Assembly (NCBI GenBank): GCA_943787795.1 | Contig: CALSNU010000001.1 | Coordinates: 960,001 to 1,024,000, forward strand | Origin: an uncultured bacterium | GTDB lineage: Bacteria; Planctomycetota; UBA1135; GCA-002686595 | Direction: 5' to 3' | Length of the DNA: 64,000 nt | Part shown: positions 57,287 through 64,000 of the stretch, piece after piece | How positions within the stretch are numbered: position 1 is the stretch's first letter | How the letters are laid out: the number at the start of each line of letters is the position of its first letter | The notes under the pieces: model-generated | Told to the model about the DNA's origin: nothing | The model's input: the letters and a program-made list of their open reading frames with translations, nothing else | Databases searched by the model: none | Made by a program: the position numbers and the translations under genes

Positions 57287-59238
57287 CTACCCGCGCAGGT
57301 CTTCTAGTTCCTCCCAACGGGCGAAGACTTCTTCGAGCCGCTTCTGGGCGGCCTCTCTCTCGGCGGTGAGGGCCTTGGGGCGCTGCGGGTCGGCGCCGGG
57401 CGCGTAGATGTCGGGGCTCCCGAGGGATCTGTCCAGCCCTGCGATCTGCTCCTCAAGCTGGCTCACTTCCGCCTCGACCTCGACGAGCTCCTTCTCCTGC
57501 CAGGGGGTGAGCCGCTTGGGAGCCGGGGTGTCCTGGCTGGGCCTCTCGGCGGCCTCTTGGGCTAGCTTCTTTGCCGGCTCCTGGCTCGCTCCCTTACGAG
57601 CCCGCTGCTCCGCGAGCCGATCGGCCTCACGCTCCGCCGTGATCTGGGGCAGGAGCTCCGCGAGGCCGCCGTGGTGGAGCCGCACGCCGCCCTTGCCGTC
57701 GAGGTACAAGAGGTGGGTCGCCACGCGGTCGAGGAACCAGCGGTCGTGGCTCACGATCACCGCCGCGCCGGGGAACAGGGCGAGGGACTCCTCCAGCGCG
57801 CGCAGGGTGGTCAGGTCGAGGTCGTTGGTGGGCTCATCGAGCACCAGGACGTTGCCGCCCTGGAGGAGGAGCTTGGCCAGCAGGACCCGCGCGCGCTCCC
57901 CGCCGGAGAGGGTCTTGACCAGCGAGTCCCGGCGGCGCGCGTCAAAGCCGAACTTGTCGAGAAAGCTCTCCACGCGCACCGTGCGGTCGCCGACAGCGAC
58001 CACGCCCTGCCGGCCCGCGACGTTCTCGGCCACGGAGGCGTCGGGGTCTAGCTCGGTGCGCTCCTGGTCGACGCCCATGAACGAGACCGTCTCGCCGACC
58101 TCGCGGCTGCCGGTGTCCGGTGGCTCCTGGCCCAGGAGCAGCCTCAGGAAGGTCGACTTCCCCGCGCCGTTGGGCCCGATCACGCCCAGGCGCATGCCGG
58201 GCCCGAGCTCCAGGTCAAAGGGGGAGAGGATGGTGCGCTCGCCGTAGCGCTTGGTGACGCCCTCGAGGTGGACCACCCGCGCACCCAGGCGCGGCCCGGG
58301 GGGGGAGGCTGAATTCGAGGTCCTCGGGGCGTAGCTCGGGCGCGGCCTCCACGAGGTCGTCGTAGCGCTGGATGCGGGCCTTGGACTTCGTGGTCCGTGC
58401 GGGGGGGGCCGCGGCGGATCCAGGCGGTCTCTCGCCTGAGGACCGCGAGCCGGCCAGCCTCCGCGCGCTGCTCCGCGATGAGGCGCGCGGCGCGCTGCTC
58501 GAGGTAGTCGCTGTAGCCGCCCTGATAGGACCAGAGCTTGGACGCGTCGAGCTCGACGATTCGATCGCAGACACGCTCGAGCAGGTAGCGGTCGTGGGTG
58601 ACGAGGACCAGCGGGATGCGGGTCTCCAGGAACCAGTCCTCGAGCCAGTCGGTGACGAAGGCGTCGAGGTGGTTGGTGGGCTCGTCCAGGAGGAGCACGT
58701 CGGGCCGTGACACCAGCAGGCGTGCGAGCGCGACCCGGCGCTTCTCACCGCCCGAAAACGGTCCGCACTTGGCGTCGGGGTCCGGGATGTCGAGTGAGGT
58801 CAGGGCCTCCTCGATGCGGTGCTCCACGTCGTGGCCGCCCGAGTCCTCGAGGCGTTGCTCCAGTCGCTCCAGGCGGGCCAAGAGCTTCTCCATGGCCTCG
58901 CCCTCAACCTCGCCCAGCTGCTCATGGACCGTGGCGAGCTCGGCCAGGATCTTCTCCCTGCCGGCCAGGCCCTTGCGCACGGCCTCACGGGCCGAGAGCT
59001 GTCCATCCAGCTCCGGCTCCTGCTCCAGGAAGCCCACGCGGCGTCCGGAGCGCAGGGTCACCACGCCCTCGTCGGGGGGGTCCACCCCGGCGAGGATCCG
59101 CAGGAGCGAGGACTTGCCAGACCCGTTCCGTCCCACGAGGCCCACGCGCTCACCCTCGCCCAGCTCGAAGCTGACCCCCTCGAAGAGGGTCCTGTCGTTG
59201 AACCCCTTGGTCCCGTTCTCGAGGGCGATGAGCGTCAT
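57287..59238 (-). CDS. ABC-F family ATPase (Uup-like); two apparent +1 frameshifts (58401-58408, 58298-58305)
   Basis: GRNGSGKS/FSGGE/LDEPTNHLD and GPNGAGKS/LSGGE/LDEPTNDLD; linker RRGPP-ARTTKSKARI..FSLPP-GPRLG across three frames; C-terminal RWEELE (649 aa joined). Confidence 0.9.
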
Positions 59239-59399
59239 GGAGGGAACGGTCCTCGCTTCGCCGCTCCAGGTCAAGGCCGAGGGGGGTCGGCTCTGGCGAG
59301 GTTCTCGGGGGTCAGGGGGGCGATCCAGAAGGGAGACTCCACATCGCGGCCCTCCGCGCACCCATGCGCTGGGCCACGGCGAATAGGCTAAGCCTCGCA

Positions 59400-60137
59400 A
59401 TGACGTTCTCTCTCCGCCCCTCGATCCACATGACGTGGCGCGACCTGTGTTTCATGCACTGGCGAGCTGATGCAGCGGCGCTGCGGCCGTTGATCCCGGA
59501 CTCGCTGGAGATCGACCAGTTCGACGGGGCCGCCTGGGTGGGGGTGGTGCCCTTCGAGATGAGGGACACGCGCATCTCGCCGCTGCCCGCGGTGCCCGGG
59601 GTGCGGCACTTTCCCGAGCTGAACCTGCGGACTTATGTGAAGCACGGTGACCGGCCCGGGGTCTGGTTCTTCAGCCTGGACGCGGGCTCGAAGGTCGCGG
59701 TGCGCGCAGCGCGGCAGACGTTCGCGCTGCCCTACTTCGACGCAGAGATGTCCATCAAGCGAGAGCCTGGGGGCTCGATTCAGTTCGCAAGCCAGCGTCA
59801 GGACCGCTTCGGTGGGCCGCCAGCGGCGCTCGACGTGCGCTTTCGGCCCTGTGGACCGGAGGCTCCGGGTGAGCCGGGCTCCCTCGAGCACTTCCTGACC
59901 GAGCGCTACTCGCTGTTTGCGCAGCGCGGATACGGCGTCCCAAGGAGCCTGCGCGGCGGCCTCCTGCGAGGCGATATCGAACACTCGCCCTGGCCGCTGC
60001 AAGCGGCCGAGGTCGAGCTGGGGCGGAACGACATGTTCCAGATCGCCGGCCTGGAGATCCCCGAAGAGCCGCCCTTGCTGCACTTCGCGGGTGAGGTGAA
60101 CGTGCGTGCGTTCCCGCCCCGAAGGGTCGGCCCCTGA
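59400..60137 (+). CDS. DUF2071/YqjF family protein
   Basis: WRDLCFMHW, AWVGVVPF, FPELNLRTYV, GVWFFSLDA, FLTERY. Confidence 0.92.
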   Translation: MTFSLRPSIHMTWRDLCFMHWRADAAALRPLIPDSLEIDQFDGAAWVGVVPFEMRDTRISPLPAVPGVRHFPELNLRTYVKHGDRPGVWFFSLDAGSKVAVRAARQTFALPYFDAEMSIKREPGGSIQFASQRQDRFGGPPAALDVRFRPCGPEAPGEPGSLEHFLTERYSLFAQRGYGVPRSLRGGLLRGDIEHSPWPLQAAEVELGRNDMFQIAGLEIPEEPPLLHFAGEVNVRAFPPRRVGP

Positions 60138-60197
60138 CGGCTGGTGGCCCCTGACGCCTGGTGGCCCCTGACGCCTGGTGGCATCTCACTCCTGGCG
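60130..60197. repeat. Three 17-bp tandem units GCCCCTGACG(C/G)CTGGTG plus one degenerate copy
   Basis: Read directly; first unit overlaps the DUF2071 stop codon. Confidence 0.85.
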
Positions 60198-60330
60198 GCA
60201 CCCGCTCTGCCGCCGCCTCGGCCCTGCAGTCCCACCTGATCTGCCGGCGCGGTGGCCCTGAGGGGCCCTTCGCTCCCTCCCCGCACAGGTCGCGGCCCTG
60301 TCGATCCGGGCTCCTCGCGATCTTCGCTCC

Positions 60331-62208
60331 TCAGCGGGTAATCTTGACGCCTTGCCCGTCCCCTTCAAGTCGGAGGGTGGTGGTCTCGCCGGCGCGGACC
60401 TCAACCGTGCCCAGGCTCGCGCCCTCCAGCCGGAGCTCGTAGTCCCCGGCGGGGGTGAGACCGAAGTTGAAGTCTCCGCTGGCGTCGGGAAAGCAGAGCG
60501 AGGTCGCGCGGGTGCCTGCAGCGCCTCGGCGCTTTCGCTCCTCGTCACCCGGAATCAGGGTCAGGATTCGCCCCTCTGCTGCCCGGCTCTTCCACGTGCC
60601 GCGGACCGTTCCGGTCGCGCCACTGAGGACGAGGACCGGACGAGGGACCGGACGAGTCGTGCCGTGGGCCTTCGGGGTCGAGGTGAGCCGGTCCCCCAGG
60701 TTCTCCAGGGCCATCACCTCGACGGCGGGGCCGAGCGCTCCCCGGATCTCAAGTCGCCCTGCCTCGTCGGTGAGGGCGCGGAAGGCCGGGAGCGGAGCGC
60801 CCACCACGAGGACCTCCCGGAAGCTCGCGGGCTCGCCGTCCTGGGTCGTGACCTCGAGCTGCCACGGGCTCTGTGGATCGCCGATCGGACCGGGAGCGCC
60901 GGCGTAGACCCGGTCGAGGCGCGCGACGCCTGGCTTGCTCCGGAGCGGCGCGCCGCCCGGTTGAACGGCGAAGGGCTGCGATGTGAGGAAGAGGTTCCCT
61001 TGCAGCGCCAGCCGAATCCAGCCCTGCTCGACCTCGGGGAAGCGGAGCTTGCCGCCGAGATCCACGGGAAAGACCACCAGAACGGGAGCTCGCTCGACGC
61101 CCGGGCGCGGGCTCGCGGCCGGGTCCGGCTTGGAGCCGAGTGAGGCGAGCGAGGTCGGCGCATCCACCGCCCGCATCAGGTGTTTGGGGAGGCGAGGCCG
61201 AGCGCCTGGGCGATCGTCACGGTCGCCGGTCACGCTGACCGGGATGACGGACGGGACGCGCAGGGGGGAGGACTCGAAGTCGAGGTCGGCCACCACCGTC
61301 TTCCCGTCGGGAGCCAGCGCCTGCAGTCGCTGGAACTGGATCGTGTCGAAGGGAGCGAGGAACAGCGTCTCGGGCCCCGCCTCAATGCGGACCCGTGCCG
61401 TCGACGTCTCACCGGCGGTGACGCTGACGAGGAGCGGCGAGCCGTTGCGGAGCGTGGCCGCGCCGAGGAATCCGTCGCGGGTGAGATAGAGGGTGCCCCG
61501 GCCCGCCGGCGCCCGCAGACGGCCCCGGCTTCCGACGAAGCTGACGGAGGCCTGTGCCTTGCGGTGACTCGCGGGCTCGGGCCGCGCGTCGGTCCAGGTG
61601 GCGTGGAAGAGCTCCTCGGGCTGCGCGCCAACGACCTCGATCTCCACGGTGCCGGTCTCGTGCAAGACACACACGGCCAGCTGTCGAAGGTCGATGGTGG
61701 CGAGGCGCTCGATGTCCTCCGGGCCGTCCTCGAGGCGGCGCTCCGCGTGGACATAGGCCACCGTCCAGTCCGGGTCGGGGCACGTGATATCGAGGGCCTC
61801 GGGGGCGGCCCCAGGCTCCCACGTGATCATGCCCCGCGGGTCGCTGCGCTCGCCGCCCGAGAGTCGCGCCGAGACCGAGGTCCCGGGGAGCCGTTCGATG
61901 AAGTGCAGCTCGACGCCTGGGACGGGGATCCCGGCGCCGTCGACCACGAGCAGGCTCGCCGGCTGCGGTTGGGCCTCGACCGGCTCCTGGGTGGCCTCCT
62001 GGCTAAACGGGCTCGCGCTGAGAGGGCTCACGAGGAGGACCGCGAGGGCGGCCAGGCCCCAGGCCGAAGGGGTCTGCTTCAGGGGCCACCGCAGGGGCCA
62101 CCGCAGGGGCCACTTCAGGACCCGCGTCAGGGGGGCAGGTGCCGCGAGCGGGTCCTGGGAGCGACGCGTCCTGGCGACGGCGGTGAGCAGCGTGCGGCGT
62201 GAGGTCAT
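60331..62208 (-). CDS. Secreted hypothetical protein with carboxypeptidase-regulatory-like beta-sandwich domains
   Basis: Hydrophobic signal; VVDGAGIPVPGVEL, TDEAGRL, DASGDFNFG..AGDYEL; start uncertain. Confidence 0.6.
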   Translation of the reverse strand: MTSRRTLLTAVARTRRSQDPLAAPAPLTRVLKWPLRWPLRWPLKQTPSAWGLAALAVLLVSPLSASPFSQEATQEPVEAQPQPASLLVVDGAGIPVPGVELHFIERLPGTSVSARLSGGERSDPRGMITWEPGAAPEALDITCPDPDWTVAYVHAERRLEDGPEDIERLATIDLRQLAVCVLHETGTVEIEVVGAQPEELFHATWTDARPEPASHRKAQASVSFVGSRGRLRAPAGRGTLYLTRDGFLGAATLRNGSPLLVSVTAGETSTARVRIEAGPETLFLAPFDTIQFQRLQALAPDGKTVVADLDFESSPLRVPSVIPVSVTGDRDDRPGARPRLPKHLMRAVDAPTSLASLGSKPDPAASPRPGVERAPVLVVFPVDLGGKLRFPEVEQGWIRLALQGNLFLTSQPFAVQPGGAPLRSKPGVARLDRVYAGAPGPIGDPQSPWQLEVTTQDGEPASFREVLVVGAPLPAFRALTDEAGRLEIRGALGPAVEVMALENLGDRLTSTPKAHGTTRPVPRPVLVLSGATGTVRGTWKSRAAEGRILTLIPGDEERKRRGAAGTRATSLCFPDASGDFNFGLTPAGDYELRLEGASLGTVEVRAGETTTLRLEGDGQGVKITR

Positions 62209-62322
62209 GATCGCCTGAGATTATCCGAGTGACGGGGCGGTGTTTCGGGTCTGTCCGTGGCTTCTGGTCGGTTCCGCGGGCACCCTCATCGCCCGCGGCG
62301 CGCCATCACGGCCCCGCGCCCC

Positions 62323-63624
62323 ATGGAGAGTCACTGGAAGCGAACGTACTGGGTGGTGTGGACCGCCAACCTGATCACCTCGATCGGGATGATGAGCTTC
62401 CTGCCGTTCTTCCCGAGCCTGCTCGAGGAGATGGGGGTCGAGGGCGAGGCCTCCGTCAGCCGCTGGGCGGGCCTCTGTTTCGCCGCCGCGCCGCTCTCGG
62501 CCACGGTCTCGGCGCCGCTCTGGGGGGCCATCGGAGACCGCTTCGGCCGCAAGGTCATGGTGTGCCGAGCGATGCTCGCCATCGCGGTCTTCGTCGGCGG
62601 GATGGGCTTCGTCAACACGCCCGCGCAGCTGCTCGCCATGCGCTTCGGACAGGGGCTGTTCTCAGGCTTCATTCCGCCGAGCATCACCCTGGTGAGCGTC
62701 GTCGCGCCGGAGGACCGGCAGGGGCGCGTCGCGGGGAACCTCTCCACGGCGCTGGCGGTGGGGGGCCTGTTCGGACCGCTGCTCGGCGGGTTCCTCGTCG
62801 CTCTGCTCGGCTCCTACCAGTCCGTCTTCTTCGTCGTGGGCTCGATGGCCTTCACGGGGGCCATCATCGTCTGGTTGGGGGCGGTCGAGGACACCTCCAA
62901 GCGGCAGGTGCGCGGGGACAGCGACGGAGCACGAGCCGGGGGGCGGGGGGTCATGCGATCCACCGCCAGTGACATCGGCGACGTGCTCAAGATCCGAGCC
63001 CTGCGCTCCGCCGTGCTCGTGGTCTTCGCGCTTCAGTTTGGCCTCGGCGCGGTGAACCCGACCCTCGAGATCTATGTCGAGGAGCTCTTCGCTGGCCGCG
63101 TCCTCGAGGGGACCTACTGGGAGGCGCTGACCTCGGCGGCGGGGACCGAGGGGCTCGGGCTCCATGACCGCGCCGTCGCCCTCGCCACCAGCGTATCCTT
63201 CGCGGTGATGGCGGTCGCCAACCTGCTGAGCCTATCCATGTGGGGCCGGTACGGCGATTCGATCGGGCACCGGCGCGCCCTGATCCACTGCGCGGTCCTC
63301 TCGGTCCTGGCGATCTCCATCCAGGCTGCCGCGCCGGTCTTCTCGCTGCTGCTCGTCGGCCGCTTCGTGATGGGGATTGGCATGGCCGGAATCGGGCCGC
63401 TGGCCTTCGGTCTGGCCGCGGGCGAGGCCAGCGTGGGTCGCCGGGGCGGCGCGTTCGGGGTGGTCTTCTCGGCCCGGACGCTCGCGGTGGCGACAGGGGG
63501 GATGATCGGGGGGGCCCTCTACCCGGTCCTGGGCGCCAGGGGGGTCATGGTGATGTCGGCGCTGCTCCTGGTCGCTACGCTGGGGACGTTCCGGTTTGCG
63601 CGGCGCGCTCCGGACGGGAACTGA
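62323..63624 (+). CDS. MFS transporter (DHA1/MdtG-like)
   Basis: Motif A WGAIGDRFGRK, RFGQGLFSG, GPLLGG; many TM segments. Confidence 0.9.
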   Translation: MESHWKRTYWVVWTANLITSIGMMSFLPFFPSLLEEMGVEGEASVSRWAGLCFAAAPLSATVSAPLWGAIGDRFGRKVMVCRAMLAIAVFVGGMGFVNTPAQLLAMRFGQGLFSGFIPPSITLVSVVAPEDRQGRVAGNLSTALAVGGLFGPLLGGFLVALLGSYQSVFFVVGSMAFTGAIIVWLGAVEDTSKRQVRGDSDGARAGGRGVMRSTASDIGDVLKIRALRSAVLVVFALQFGLGAVNPTLEIYVEELFAGRVLEGTYWEALTSAAGTEGLGLHDRAVALATSVSFAVMAVANLLSLSMWGRYGDSIGHRRALIHCAVLSVLAISIQAAAPVFSLLLVGRFVMGIGMAGIGPLAFGLAAGEASVGRRGGAFGVVFSARTLAVATGGMIGGALYPVLGARGVMVMSALLLVATLGTFRFARRAPDGN

Positions 63625-64000
63625 TGCAGCACCTCGACGAAACCCCGCACCGACTTCAGCGCGCCGAGGCCGTTCTTCAGCGCCGCACCTCTCGGCTCGT
63701 GCTCATCCTCGAGCGTCCGTGGAACGACGAGAACGTGCAGGCCGTGCTGCGGACCGCCGAGTCCTTCGGGATCCAGCACGTTTGGACGATCAAGCACCCT
63801 CACATGCGAGGCCGCGCGCAGCGCAAGGTGACCAAGGGCAGCCACCAGTGGCTCACCCGGCGCTTCTTCAGCGAGATCAGTGAGTGCGTCGCGGCGGCCC
63901 GCGAGGAGGGGCTTGAGCTGTGGGCCACGGATCTGGACGACGGCGCCCTGGAGCTCACGGGGCCCGAGGTGTTGCGCCCCTTTCCCGATCGGGTCGGCTT
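63624..64000 (+). CDS. trmH: TrmH/SpoU-family RNA 2'-O-methyltransferase (3' partial; absent from the ORF track)
   Basis: Manual translation MQHLDETPHRLQRAEAVLQRRTSRLVLILE..NVQAVLRTAESFGIQ..KGSHQWL. Confidence 0.8.
   Translation, partial: MQHLDETPHRLQRAEAVLQRRTSRLVLILERPWNDENVQAVLRTAESFGIQHVWTIKHPHMRGRAQRKVTKGSHQWLTRRFFSEISECVAAAREEGLELWATDLDDGALELTGPEVLRPFPDRVG

Noticed and set aside
60140..60147. GCTGGTGG Chi-like octamer
   Set aside because: Single occurrence inside a GC-rich repeat; Chi sequences are lineage-specific.
62080..62120. 12-bp repeat encoding WPLR/WPLK
   Set aside because: Short in-frame slippage repeat in a leader of uncertain start; no functional evidence.

Overview
Very GC-rich bacterial chromosomal window; the gene content (DUF1570-like peptidase, ThuA-like protein, MoxR/VWA operon, VPS10-like propeller) suggests Planctomycetota, which is inference. 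In order: 3' part of lnt; a coiled-coil membrane protein; a complete but expanded mreB-mreC-mreD-mrdA-rodA operon; two paralogous SWIM-SNF2 helicases flanking an APC permease; a 10-gene bacterial microcompartment (BMC) operon (2 BMC-H, 2 BMC-T, 2 BMC-P, acylating aldehyde dehydrogenase, a EutQ-N-like small protein, a EutQ-N/ACT fusion, a DUF711 PFL-fold protein); a BNR/VPS10 propeller protein; a secreted protein with a probable in-frame UGA; a MoxR/DUF58/VWA/TPR operon; then a nuclease, peptidase, DUF72, HEAT protein, a UxxC SelL-like selenoprotein missed by the ORF track, a Ca-loop lipoprotein, ABC-F, DUF2071, MFS and partial trmH. Best leads: (1) a BMC type whose apparent cargo is ACT + DUF711, with no known signature enzyme; (2) two UGA read-through genes, one a candidate new Cys-Sec family with a SECIS-like hairpin. 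Five +1 frameshifts in G/C runs are probably assembly errors. No rRNA, tRNA, CRISPR array or mobile element was recognised. All family calls are from motif recognition, not database searches.
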